DNA of 64,000 nucleotides. Source: an uncultured Bacteroidota bacterium (GTDB lineage Bacteria > Bacteroidota > Bacteroidia > Flavobacteriales > Flavobacteriaceae). The position numbers and the translations under genes were made by a program. Below are positions 54,869 through 64,000 of the stretch, piece by piece (position 1 is the stretch's first letter; every line of letters starts with the position of its first letter). The notes under the pieces were generated by a model, which saw only the letters and a program-made list of their open reading frames with translations, was not told the DNA's origin and did no database searches. Where the stretch lies: positions 6,574-70,573 of the forward strand of contig CACJMJ010000001.1 in assembly GCA_902594485.1 (NCBI GenBank), in the 5' to 3' direction.

Positions 54869-56124
54869 AAGAAATAGCAAAAAATCTTGACTCTAAAGAT
54901 GAACTATCAATATTTAGGAACAAGTTTATATTACCCAAAGACCAAGTATATCTTGATGGGAATTCACTTGGAGTATTAGCTAAGGATGTAGTAGATAATG
55001 TTAACCATACTATTAAAGAGGAGTGGGGAAACAATCTAATCACTAGCTGGAATAAGAGTTGGATAAAGCTTCCCAGAATTATTTCAAAAAAAATAGCTGT
55101 TATAATCAAATCTAATGAGGATGAGGTGTATGTTGGTAGTTCTACTTCAATAAATCTTTTTAAGCTTTTAAAGAGCATCTTAGAGTCAAATAGAGATATA
55201 AAAAATATTACAACTGACAATCTAAACTTTCCTTCTGACAAATATATTTGTGAAGTAATTGCAAAAGACTTTAAAATTGACTTTAAATTTCTAGATTATG
55301 GTAATGATTTGAAGCCAGATATTGAAAAGCTAAAAGAATATATATCAGAAAGAAAAGGGATAGTAGTTTTATCTCATGTATCATTCAAAAGTTCATTTAG
55401 GTATTCCGTTGAAGATATAAGTAAATTCTGTAAGGATAATAATATCATTGTTATATGGGATTTAAGTCATTCTGTTGGTGCAATTGATATTGACATGAGA
55501 TCAAATGGGATAGATTATGCTATAGGGTGTACATACAAATATTTAAATGGAGGTCCTGGTTCTCCAGCATTTATTTACGTTAGAGAATCCAAACTTAGAA
55601 AGTTGAAATCACCCATTAAGGGATGGTTTAGCCATAACAAACCTTTTGAATATTCAAATGAATATATTGAGTCTGATTCCATAGAGAAATTTTCAAATGG
55701 AACACCCCATATTCTTTCTTTATCAACACTCAAAAGTTCTCTAGATATTACAATTGAAGCAACTACAGAAAAATTAGGTATTAAATCAGCGGATCTGTTT
55801 GATTTTTTCCTACTGATATATAATGATGAATTAAAAAAGTTAGATTTTGATCTACTATCACCATTAGAAAAAGATAGAAGAGGTTCCCATATTTCAATAA
55901 GTCATAAAGAAGCATGGAGAATATCAAAATGTCTAATTGACCCAGTTGACAAAGAGGCATTAAGAATTATCGTTGATTTTAGACCTAAGAATATAATTCG
56001 AATAGCGTTAACTCCATTATATACATCCTTTGAAGACATATATCTTGTCTGTGAAAGAATCATTAAAATAATTCGAGAGAGAGAATATAGCCAAAAGGAT
56101 AACTCAATGGATGGAGTAACATAA
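54856..56124 (+). CDS. kynU: Kynureninase (TTG start)
   Basis: YLDGNSLG, WDLSHSVGA, GCTYKYLNGGPG, RRGSH, PLYT. Confidence 0.92.
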   Translation: MDRLKEIAKNLDSKDELSIFRNKFILPKDQVYLDGNSLGVLAKDVVDNVNHTIKEEWGNNLITSWNKSWIKLPRIISKKIAVIIKSNEDEVYVGSSTSINLFKLLKSILESNRDIKNITTDNLNFPSDKYICEVIAKDFKIDFKFLDYGNDLKPDIEKLKEYISERKGIVVLSHVSFKSSFRYSVEDISKFCKDNNIIVIWDLSHSVGAIDIDMRSNGIDYAIGCTYKYLNGGPGSPAFIYVRESKLRKLKSPIKGWFSHNKPFEYSNEYIESDSIEKFSNGTPHILSLSTLKSSLDITIEATTEKLGIKSADLFDFFLLIYNDELKKLDFDLLSPLEKDRRGSHISISHKEAWRISKCLIDPVDKEALRIIVDFRPKNIIRIALTPLYTSFEDIYLVCERIIKIIREREYSQKDNSMDGVT

Positions 56125-56137
56125 AGCTTGGATTAAT

Positions 56138-56590
56138 TTAACCAATTAATTTTTTCTTAATAATTTCTGCAATAACTCTACCCTCAGCTTGTCCAGAGAC
56201 TCTTTCATTTACTTTAGAAATTACTTTACCCATATCTTTCATTGATTCGGCTCCAACTTCTTCAATAACTTTATCAATTATTTCTGATAATTCAGATTCA
56301 CTTAACTGAGTTGGTAAAAATTCAGAAATTATATTTGCCTGAGATTCTTCTACATCTGCTAATTCCTTTCTATTTTGTTCTAAGTAAATTTTTGCACTAT
56401 CATTCCTTTGCTTTACCATTTTTTGTAAAATTTTAAGAACGACTGACTCTTCAATCTGATCTTTTGATCCAGATTTAGTTTTTTCGATAAGTATTGCAGA
56501 CTTTATTGCTCGAAGAGAATCGAGTCTAAGACTATTTTTTTCTTTCATTGAGTCCTTTATAGACTCGTTAATTTTTTCTTCTATTTTCAT
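56138..56590 (-). CDS. GatB/YqeY domain protein
   Basis: LRAIKSA, KQR..S, FLP.QL, KDMGKV. Confidence 0.92.
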   Translation of the reverse strand: MKIEEKINESIKDSMKEKNSLRLDSLRAIKSAILIEKTKSGSKDQIEESVVLKILQKMVKQRNDSAKIYLEQNRKELADVEESQANIISEFLPTQLSESELSEIIDKVIEEVGAESMKDMGKVISKVNERVSGQAEGRVIAEIIKKKLIG

Positions 56591-56593
56591 AAA

Positions 56594-58477
56594 TTAATCA
56601 ACGTTATCGTGAAGATATGTATTTACATCAGGAAATTCCAGCTTATTTTCCTCATTTAAAACAGTTTTTGAATAAATATCCTCAGCATTAGGTTTTGAAT
56701 TGTCAATTTCAATTCCCATTCTCTTATATGCAGGTATTTTCTCTAAATCCTCTATCGATGAACTATTATTTTTAAATATGTAATTATATTTTTTTAAGTT
56801 TTGTTTTCTAATAACATTTTCATTATTAACATCAGAGGTTATAGGCTGTTCAAATATATTATGGTTTTCTTCAATTCTATCTATGTCAATTTTATCTGAG
56901 TCGTTCAATTTTTCATCTTCATTATCATTTTCTAAAATCTCTAATTCATTCTCAATATCTTGATTAAGATCTAATTTTATATACTCGATATTTGATTCAC
57001 TAGTATTAGAACTATCTGATGATAAATCTGTTTCAATTGCTTCATGATTCTCATCATTAGGATTAACATTTAAAGTGAGCTCCTCACTTTTATTATCTTC
57101 AAAATTATCATTTGAGAAAAGGCCAAATGAAATTTCAGATGTCTCTCCATTTATCTCAAAAGATTGTTCTTTATCTGGAATTACATATTCAATATCATTT
57201 AATTCAATGTCATTTAATTCAATGTCACTTGTCTTTGTGTCATCACTATCTATTATATCAAGACCTGGATCTAAGACTTCATAACTGATATCAATATTTC
57301 TTAAAATTTCATTTATTTCACTGTCAATCTTCTTTTGATTAGAATCTTTAGCTAATATTTCATGATTTTCATTTAATTGATTTTTCTCTCCAGATACAGT
57401 TATTTTTTCCTCTAATATTTTTTGTTCAAAAGGGTGATCTTGATCTAAAGAATAAATTACTCTTTTTGTTTCAGAACTAACTAGACTGTTTTGTTTGTCA
57501 TCCCCAAATCCAGTTGCAATCACTGTAACAGAGATTTTATTTCCTAAGTCAAGATCTTCACCTACTCCCATAATTATGTTTGCACTATTACCTGTTTCAT
57601 TTTGAATATATTCATTAATTTCTCCAATTTCATCTATGGTAATTTCTTCAGCTCCAGAAACAATTAATAACAGCACATTCTTACTTCCTTCAATTTTATT
57701 ATCATTTAGAAGAGGGGAGTCTAATGCCCTCATTACTGCTTCATTAGCTCTATTAGATCCACTAGCAGTTGAAGACCCCATTATGGCTGTTCCACTATTT
57801 GATAACACAGTTTTTGCATCTTTTAAATCTATATTTTGTGTATAGTGATGTGTAATTACTTGTGCAACACCCTTTGCCGCAGTTGCCAAAACTTCATCAG
57901 CCTTGGAGAATCCTTCTTTGAAACCAAGATTACCATAGACCTCTCTTAATTTATTATTATTAATAATAATTAATGAATCAACTGATCTTTTTAGTTTTTC
58001 AAGACCCTTGACAGCTTGTGATTCTCTATTTTTTCCCTCAAAACTAAATGGTATTGTTACGATACCAACAGTTAGAATGTCAAATTCTTTAGCCATTTCT
58101 GCAATAATAGGCGCAGCACCCGTTCCTGTTCCACCTCCCATACCAGCAGTAATAAATAACATTTTAGTTTGAGTCTCTAGTAAATTTTTTAACTCTTCAT
58201 AACTCTCTAATGCTGCTAACTTTCCAATTTCAGGATTTGCTCCTGCGCCTAGTCCCTCCGTTAGATTTGCTCCAAGTTGGATCTTATTTGGTACAGGACT
58301 TTCTTCTAAAGCTTGGGAGTCAGTATTACAAACAACGAAATCAACCCCTTTTATTCCCTGTTTATACATATAATTTACAGCATTACTTCCACCCCCTCCT
58401 ATTCCCATAACCTTCATTACATTACTTCTATTTTTTGGTAAATCGAAACTAAAATTTGTATCTATTTCTGTTTTCAT
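56594..58477 (-). CDS. ftsZ: Cell division protein FtsZ with long acidic linker
   Basis: GGGGSNA, GAGANP, GMGGGTGTG; C-terminal PAYKR and YLHDNVD. Confidence 0.98.
   Translation of the reverse strand: MKTEIDTNFSFDLPKNRSNVMKVMGIGGGGSNAVNYMYKQGIKGVDFVVCNTDSQALEESPVPNKIQLGANLTEGLGAGANPEIGKLAALESYEELKNLLETQTKMLFITAGMGGGTGTGAAPIIAEMAKEFDILTVGIVTIPFSFEGKNRESQAVKGLEKLKRSVDSLIIINNNKLREVYGNLGFKEGFSKADEVLATAAKGVAQVITHHYTQNIDLKDAKTVLSNSGTAIMGSSTASGSNRANEAVMRALDSPLLNDNKIEGSKNVLLLIVSGAEEITIDEIGEINEYIQNETGNSANIIMGVGEDLDLGNKISVTVIATGFGDDKQNSLVSSETKRVIYSLDQDHPFEQKILEEKITVSGEKNQLNENHEILAKDSNQKKIDSEINEILRNIDISYEVLDPGLDIIDSDDTKTSDIELNDIELNDIEYVIPDKEQSFEINGETSEISFGLFSNDNFEDNKSEELTLNVNPNDENHEAIETDLSSDSSNTSESNIEYIKLDLNQDIENELEILENDNEDEKLNDSDKIDIDRIEENHNIFEQPITSDVNNENVIRKQNLKKYNYIFKNNSSSIEDLEKIPAYKRMGIEIDNSKPNAEDIYSKTVLNEENKLEFPDVNTYLHDNVD
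57188..57227 (-). repeat. 15-bp tandem repeat (about 2.7 copies) in the ftsZ linker
   Basis: TTCAAT(A/G)TCATTTAA units on the plus strand, encoding DIELN-DIELN-DIE. Confidence 0.85.
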
Positions 58478-58492
58478 TTTTTGAATTTTATA

Positions 58493-59776
58493 TTAATTAT
58501 CAATTGTATCTACGTTATCTATAAATTTTTTAAATCCTTCTCCCCATTTGGTAAGAATAGTCTTTCTTTCATGGTTAACTAAATCCTTTTCAGATGTATT
58601 CATGTTGTTTATCTGTTGATCTGAATCTTTGTCTATTGCCTTCATTAATAATCCTACAGCTGTTGAATATATAGGATTATAATCATTTGAATCTCCAGCT
58701 AAATGCTCGCCTGGAAAACCAACCCTTGTATCCATCCCAGTAACATATTCTGTAAGTTGTTTTAAATGTCTCAATTGACTTCCACCTCCAGTTAATACAA
58801 TACCAGCGATGAGTTTCTTTTTAGAGTCCTCATGACCATAATTCTTAATTTCTAAGTAAGCTTGCTCAATAATTTCTACAATTCTTGCATTAATAATTTT
58901 GGATAGTGTTTTTAAAGAAATCTCTTTTGGGTCTCTCCCTCTTAGTCCAGGTATTGAAACTATGTCAGAGTCTTTATTTTCTCCTGGCCAAGCTGAACCA
59001 AATTTAATTTTTAATTGTTCTGCTTGATTGCCAATAATTGAACATCCTTCTTTAATATCCTCTGTAATTACATTTCCTCCAAATGGAATAACAGCAGTAT
59101 GCTTTATAATCCCATCTTTAAAAATAGCTACATCAGTAGTTCCTCCACCAATATCAATTAATGCAACTCCAGCTTCTTTTTCTTCTTCAGACAGAACAGC
59201 ATCAGATGATGCTAATGGTTCAAGAGTAATATCTCCCATTTTTAATCCAGAGCTTTTTATACATTTTCCAATATTCCTTATAGATGAAACTTGACCTACT
59301 ACTATATGAAAATTAGCTTCAAGCCTGCTTCCATACATACCTATAGGTTCTTTTATTTCAGATTGACCATCAACTTTAAAATCCTGAGGTAAAACATGGA
59401 TAATCTCCTCACCAGGAAGCATCACAAGCTTATAAACTTGGTCAATTAATTTATCAATATCATCTTCATTTATAACCTCATCAGGATTTTCTCTAGTTAT
59501 ATAATCACTATGTTGAAGACTTCTAATATGCTGTCCTGCTATCCCAACTGCAACCTCTAAAATTTCAATATTAGATTTATTTTGCGCCTCATCAACTGCT
59601 ATCTTAATTGACTGTATAGTTTGGGTAATATTGTTTACAACTCCTCTATGAACTCCTAGACTTTGAGATTTACCAACACCAAGAACTTTAACTTTATTAA
59701 ACTGATTTTTTTCACCAACCATAGCAACAATCTTTGTTGTTCCAATATCTAATCCAACTGAATATTTTTTATCCAT
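58493..59776 (-). CDS. ftsA: Cell division protein FtsA
   Basis: GLDIGTTKI, DIGGGTTD, AEQLKI, VLTGGG. Confidence 0.97.
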   Translation of the reverse strand: MDKKYSVGLDIGTTKIVAMVGEKNQFNKVKVLGVGKSQSLGVHRGVVNNITQTIQSIKIAVDEAQNKSNIEILEVAVGIAGQHIRSLQHSDYITRENPDEVINEDDIDKLIDQVYKLVMLPGEEIIHVLPQDFKVDGQSEIKEPIGMYGSRLEANFHIVVGQVSSIRNIGKCIKSSGLKMGDITLEPLASSDAVLSEEEKEAGVALIDIGGGTTDVAIFKDGIIKHTAVIPFGGNVITEDIKEGCSIIGNQAEQLKIKFGSAWPGENKDSDIVSIPGLRGRDPKEISLKTLSKIINARIVEIIEQAYLEIKNYGHEDSKKKLIAGIVLTGGGSQLRHLKQLTEYVTGMDTRVGFPGEHLAGDSNDYNPIYSTAVGLLMKAIDKDSDQQINNMNTSEKDLVNHERKTILTKWGEGFKKFIDNVDTIDN

Positions 59777-59780
59777 AATA

Positions 59781-60479
59781 TTATTTTTTAATTGCTACTA
59801 AACGATCATTGTATACTAAATCTAGTTGCTTATATTTTATTTGATTTATATTTTTTAATTGATATGCATAAAAACCTTTTAACATTTTTAACTTATCAAT
59901 TATTTTATTTTGATTTCCTAGGTTTACGTCCAATTCCAAATTTTTTATTCTTACGTATAAATGATCATTCCTATACCATATTTCTTTTAATTTATTTTCA
60001 AAGAACTTATCTTTTTTAAAAGCTGAAATAACATTTATAATTTTTAAAATTTGTTGTTCAGATATATTTCCATTAATTGAAGGAAGGGAATCATTTTTAG
60101 ATTGCTCTTTTTCAAAAACTTTACCATTGATGTCAATAAGACTATTTAAATCTTTTAAATACGCAATAGGAGTTCTGTCAATTAATTTTATTGCAAGTTC
60201 ATTTTTATCGTTAAAATAAATATCAATATTCTCAATTGATTTTATCTCCTTTAATTTTGTCTCAACTTTTACAAACTCATTATTCTTAATCAAGTTTTGA
60301 TACTGTTTTTCACTTATTAAACTTTTGACAATTTCTTGATTGTCAATAAATCCATTAGATGTATATAATATATTATAAGTCTTTAAATCATAACTTTTTT
60401 CAGAGTAGTTAAATGAACTAATTAATCCCATGAAAATAAGTGATGATAATAACCCTAACATTATAATTAATCTATACAT
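59781..60479 (-). CDS. ftsQ: Cell division protein FtsQ/DivIB, divergent (start moved to the ATG at 60479)
   Basis: Position between murC and ftsA, N-terminal TM helix, R.PIA and LDLVYNDRLVA motifs; the ATG overlaps the murC stop region. Confidence 0.75.
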   Translation of the reverse strand: MYRLIIMLGLLSSLIFMGLISSFNYSEKSYDLKTYNILYTSNGFIDNQEIVKSLISEKQYQNLIKNNEFVKVETKLKEIKSIENIDIYFNDKNELAIKLIDRTPIAYLKDLNSLIDINGKVFEKEQSKNDSLPSINGNISEQQILKIINVISAFKKDKFFENKLKEIWYRNDHLYVRIKNLELDVNLGNQNKIIDKLKMLKGFYAYQLKNINQIKYKQLDLVYNDRLVAIKK

Positions 60480-61803
60480 TTTGAAATATTTCTTTATTAA
60501 GATTCTCTGATATATTACCGGCGCCAAGAATAGAAATAATCTCTTTTTTGGTGTTAAGCACTATATCATCAATTGATTTGCTATCTATTATTTCCTTCTT
60601 TGAACAATTAATTTTTTCTAATAAAATTTGTGAACTAACTCCAATTATAGGCTTTTCTCTAGCAGCATAAATATCTAAAAGATATACCTCATCAAATTTT
60701 GATAAAACAATTGCAAACTCATCCATAAAGTCCCTTGTTCTAGAAAAAAGATGAGGTTGAAACACAACTGCTGTTGATTTATTCTTAAAATTAGTTTGAA
60801 TGGTATTAAGTACTGATTCAATTTCAGTTGGATGATGTGCATAGTCATCAATAACAACTTTATTGTCTAGTTTATAAATATCCATTCTTCTTTCAATTCC
60901 GTTAAAAGTTGAAAGAAATGGTAATAATTTTTGAATATCAACTTCCTGTATTTGATCAATTATTGATAGTGCCGCTAATGTATTCTTAAGATTATGAAGA
61001 CCTATAATGTTTGCAGAAATATCAGAGTAAAAATTATTAGGAGTTTTAAGATCAAATCTAATTCCATTCTCTAAAATCTTAATATTGTTTACATGATAAT
61101 CTGAATCACTCTTTATTGAAAAAGAAAAATCCTTATCAATATCTATTTCAGCATCTGTAATTAATACATCTTTTACATTATTTGCAAATGACTTAAAACT
61201 TTTAGTTAAAGATTTAAAGTCTCCATAAACATCAAGATGATCATTTTCAATTGAGGTAATAACAGCGTAATTAGGATTAAGATTTAAGAATGATCTATCA
61301 TATTCATCTGCCTCTACAATTATGTAATCATTACCTGTATTAATATAGTTAGAATCAAAGTATTTCATAATCCCCCCAATAAAAGCTTTAAAGTGTATTC
61401 CTGATGAATAAAATAAGTGGCTTATTATTGCAGTAGTAGTTGTTTTTCCATGAGTTCCAGCTACAGCAATACATATAGATTGTTTTGATATTTCACCAAG
61501 AATCTCAGATCTTTTATATATTGGATTATTTCCATTCGATCTATAATATTTTAGAAATATATTATCATCTGGGATAGCTGGAGTATAGATTACAATTACA
61601 TCCTCCATTTTCATATAATCTGGAATACTTTTAAGGGTCAAATTATTAATTACCTCTATACCATTTTTTTCAAGAATTTTAACTGATTTGTTTCTTGATG
61701 CATCATAACCAAGAATAGTATTTCCTTTTTCATTTAAGTACTGAGCGATTGAAGACATTCCAATACCACCAATTCCAATAAAAAAATACTTTTTATTAGT
61801 CAT
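60472..61803 (-). CDS. murC: UDP-N-acetylmuramate--L-alanine ligase
   Basis: GIGGIGMS, AGTHGKTTT, EADEYDRSF, DDYAHHPTE, FQPH. Confidence 0.97.
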   Translation of the reverse strand: MTNKKYFFIGIGGIGMSSIAQYLNEKGNTILGYDASRNKSVKILEKNGIEVINNLTLKSIPDYMKMEDVIVIYTPAIPDDNIFLKYYRSNGNNPIYKRSEILGEISKQSICIAVAGTHGKTTTTAIISHLFYSSGIHFKAFIGGIMKYFDSNYINTGNDYIIVEADEYDRSFLNLNPNYAVITSIENDHLDVYGDFKSLTKSFKSFANNVKDVLITDAEIDIDKDFSFSIKSDSDYHVNNIKILENGIRFDLKTPNNFYSDISANIIGLHNLKNTLAALSIIDQIQEVDIQKLLPFLSTFNGIERRMDIYKLDNKVVIDDYAHHPTEIESVLNTIQTNFKNKSTAVVFQPHLFSRTRDFMDEFAIVLSKFDEVYLLDIYAAREKPIIGVSSQILLEKINCSKKEIIDSKSIDDIVLNTKKEIISILGAGNISENLNKEIFQNV

Positions 61804-62887
61804 TTTTTAGATGTTTTTTTATTAAGTCCACTATATCATATGATGCATTTGGCATAGCTATTTGCGACATATTATATGATAGCTCATCCCTTAAATTCTC
61901 ATCATTTAAAAGAAGGTCAAGCTTATTTTTAAATATCAAGTCAAGATCTTTCTCTTCAATACATATACATGCATCTTTTTCTTCAATACTCTTCGCATTT
62001 TTTAGTTGATGATCTTCAGCAACATTTGGAGATGGTATTAAGATAGAGGGTTTTGAAACTATTGCTAATTCTGAGAGTGTTAAAGCTCCACTTCGGGCTA
62101 TTATTATATCTGATGTAAAATAAATTGAGTCGATATCATCAAAAAAGTCTGCGACAAATATCTTGTCAGAATTATAACTTTTATATTCATTGTAATAACT
62201 CTTTCCACATTGCCATATGATGAAAATATTCTTAGAAATTAAGAATTCTATATTTTCTTTAATTGTTTTGTTTATTTTATCTGAACCTAAACTTCCGCCT
62301 AAAACAGCTATTACTGTCATACTATCTTTAATATTTAGTTTTTTTCTTTGATTATCAAAATTTTTATTTGATCTAATTGATTCCCTAATTGGATTCCCTG
62401 TTTTGTATATTTTTTTTGAAGGAAAATATTTTTCCATCTTATCATAAGCAACAGATATGTAATTAGCATATTTAGATAAGAGTCTATTAGATATTCCCGG
62501 GAATGAATTCTGTTCTTGAATTAATGTTGGGATTCTAAATATTGAAGATATAAAGACAATAGGAAAGCTTGCAAATCCTCCTGTCCCTACTACAAAGTTT
62601 GGTCTAAAACTTAAAATTATGATAATAGACTGAACAAAACTAATTATAAGTTTAAAAGGAAGTAAAATATTCTTTAAAGAGAATGACCTTTGTAATCCAC
62701 TAATTAAAAGTCCATGAATTTTATATCCATATTTTGGGACAATATTCATTTCCATTTTACCCTTAGCTCCAATAAACTTTATTTTAGGATTATCAAAAGA
62801 TTTGTTTATTTCATTTGCAATAGATAATGCAGGGTAAATATGACCACCTGTTCCTCCCCCTGATATTATAAATCTATTCCTTCTCAT
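61796..62887 (-). CDS. murG: Lipid II GlcNAc transferase MurG
   Basis: GGGTGGH, GTGGF, EQN, GGSLGS, RSGA, HQLKNA. Confidence 0.97.
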   Translation of the reverse strand: MRRNRFIISGGGTGGHIYPALSIANEINKSFDNPKIKFIGAKGKMEMNIVPKYGYKIHGLLISGLQRSFSLKNILLPFKLIISFVQSIIIILSFRPNFVVGTGGFASFPIVFISSIFRIPTLIQEQNSFPGISNRLLSKYANYISVAYDKMEKYFPSKKIYKTGNPIRESIRSNKNFDNQRKKLNIKDSMTVIAVLGGSLGSDKINKTIKENIEFLISKNIFIIWQCGKSYYNEYKSYNSDKIFVADFFDDIDSIYFTSDIIIARSGALTLSELAIVSKPSILIPSPNVAEDHQLKNAKSIEEKDACICIEEKDLDLIFKNKLDLLLNDENLRDELSYNMSQIAMPNASYDIVDLIKKHLKND

Positions 62888-64000
62888 TTTTATTTTTGAT
62901 TGAAGAGCTTACACTAAGAATCATACCCAATGATATACAAGTCATCCAAGCAGAGGATCCACCGCTACTTATTAATGGTAAATTCTGTCCAGTTACAGGG
63001 ATTATCTGTGTTGCTACTGAAATATTAGTAAATGCTTGAATTATTATAAAAATTCCTAAACCAGAAACTAATATTTTTCCAAACTTATCCTCTGCCTTAT
63101 GTGTAATAACTAGAATTCTAAAAAACATTAATGTATATAGTATAATTATCAATGATCCACCAGCTATACCATATTCTTCTACAATTATTGCAAAAATAAA
63201 ATCAGAATTACTCTGGGGTAAATGATTTTTCATTATACTTTTTCCAGCTCCAACTCCAATTAAACCTCCATTATTTATAGCTATTTTAGCTCTTTGAATT
63301 TGATAGCTTGCATCTAAATTGTCATTTGAATTGAAGTTTTCAACTCTACTAATCCAAGTATCTATTCTATTTGGAAATTGATCTGGATATGTCTTTGCTA
63401 GAAAGAAGAAAATTGTTGAAAGAAACCCCAATATCAAAAACATTTTTAATAAATGAGTTATTGGAAACCCTGAAATAAAAAGTATTAAAATCAGTGAACT
63501 AAATATTAAAACCGCAGAGGATAGATTAGATGGAAGTATTAGGAAAACATATGCAAAGATTGGAAGCCAAAGAGGGATAATCGTCTCTTTAAACTTTGTC
63601 TTTGATAAATTAATTTTTGATAAATATCGAGCTGTATAAGTAATTAATATAATAGCTGCTAAAGAGGAAGTTTGAAAACTTATTCCTACAAATGGTATAT
63701 CAATCCATCTACTTGCTGCAGAACCGCCAATTGTCGTTCCCTGGCTTAATGTATAAATTAATAATAATAATCCTATTGGTAAGAGAATTATTGACATTCC
63801 TCTAAAAAGTTTGTAAGGCACTAACTTTATTGACATCATCAGTAAAAGACCAAATAATATTACAATAAAATGTTTAACTAAATAGAAAATTGGAGAAGAC
63901 CCATCTATCACATATGAAAGATATGAGCTAGAAGAAAAAACTGGGAAAAAAGAAAAAAGTGATAGTAATAGAATTATTACTAACAAAACTTTATCCCCAT
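62874..64000 (-). CDS. ftsW: SEDS peptidoglycan polymerase FtsW (5' end outside window)
   Basis: Frame is open to the window edge (GDKV...), ASRWI, SDFIFAIIVEEYG, PVTGQNLPLISSGGSS; directly upstream of murG. Confidence 0.93.
   Translation of the reverse strand, partial: GDKVLLVIILLLSLFSFFPVFSSSSYLSYVIDGSSPIFYLVKHFIVILFGLLLMMSIKLVPYKLFRGMSIILLPIGLLLLIYTLSQGTTIGGSAASRWIDIPFVGISFQTSSLAAIILITYTARYLSKINLSKTKFKETIIPLWLPIFAYVFLILPSNLSSAVLIFSSLILILFISGFPITHLLKMFLILGFLSTIFFFLAKTYPDQFPNRIDTWISRVENFNSNDNLDASYQIQRAKIAINNGGLIGVGAGKSIMKNHLPQSNSDFIFAIIVEEYGIAGGSLIIILYTLMFFRILVITHKAEDKFGKILVSGLGIFIIIQAFTNISVATQIIPVTGQNLPLISSGGSSAWMTCISLGMILSVSSSIKNKNEKE

Noticed and set aside
59781..61803. No murB or ddl between murC and ftsQ
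   Set aside because: This is the normal Bacteroidota dcw arrangement

Overview
A very AT-rich, densely packed stretch of core chromosome from a Bacteroidota genome, most likely a streamlined marine Flavobacteriales lineage. The evidence is the short 287-aa sigma70, TAnnTTTG promoters, the absence of obvious Shine-Dalgarno sites, a SusC/SusD pair, TamL, the long-linker FtsZ and flavobacterial gene order. About 52 protein genes, nearly all housekeeping: parAB, lepB, two rhomboids, mutL, ribH, recF, ndk, rel, fur, purA, aroE, def, ruvX, tsaC, cca, ctaA, uvrB, hsp20, sucC, lysA, fbaA, accD, rpsO, pnp, rpoD, rpe, kynU and the 3' part of the dcw cluster. There is one CAZyme-free SusCD-lipoprotein locus and one secreted amidohydrolase pair. 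I found no rRNA, tRNA, CRISPR, prophage, transposase or defence island, and I cannot support a wholly new multi-gene system. Best leads: (1) a duplicated 22-aa DKRTKAYK(E/D)W module on the N-terminus of the DUF349 protein; (2) diaminopimelate-pathway genes apparently missing from three usual positions while lysA and peptidoglycan genes remain; (3) a sigma54-type promoter with TGAC-N5-GTCA sites upstream of hsp20; (4) a hairpin covering the pnp start region; (5) probable leaderless ndk and sucC mRNAs; (6) a CBM5/12-like insert in heme A synthase; (7) a Pseudomonas-type kynureninase. Synteny statements rely on recalled flavobacterial gene order and were not checked against a database.
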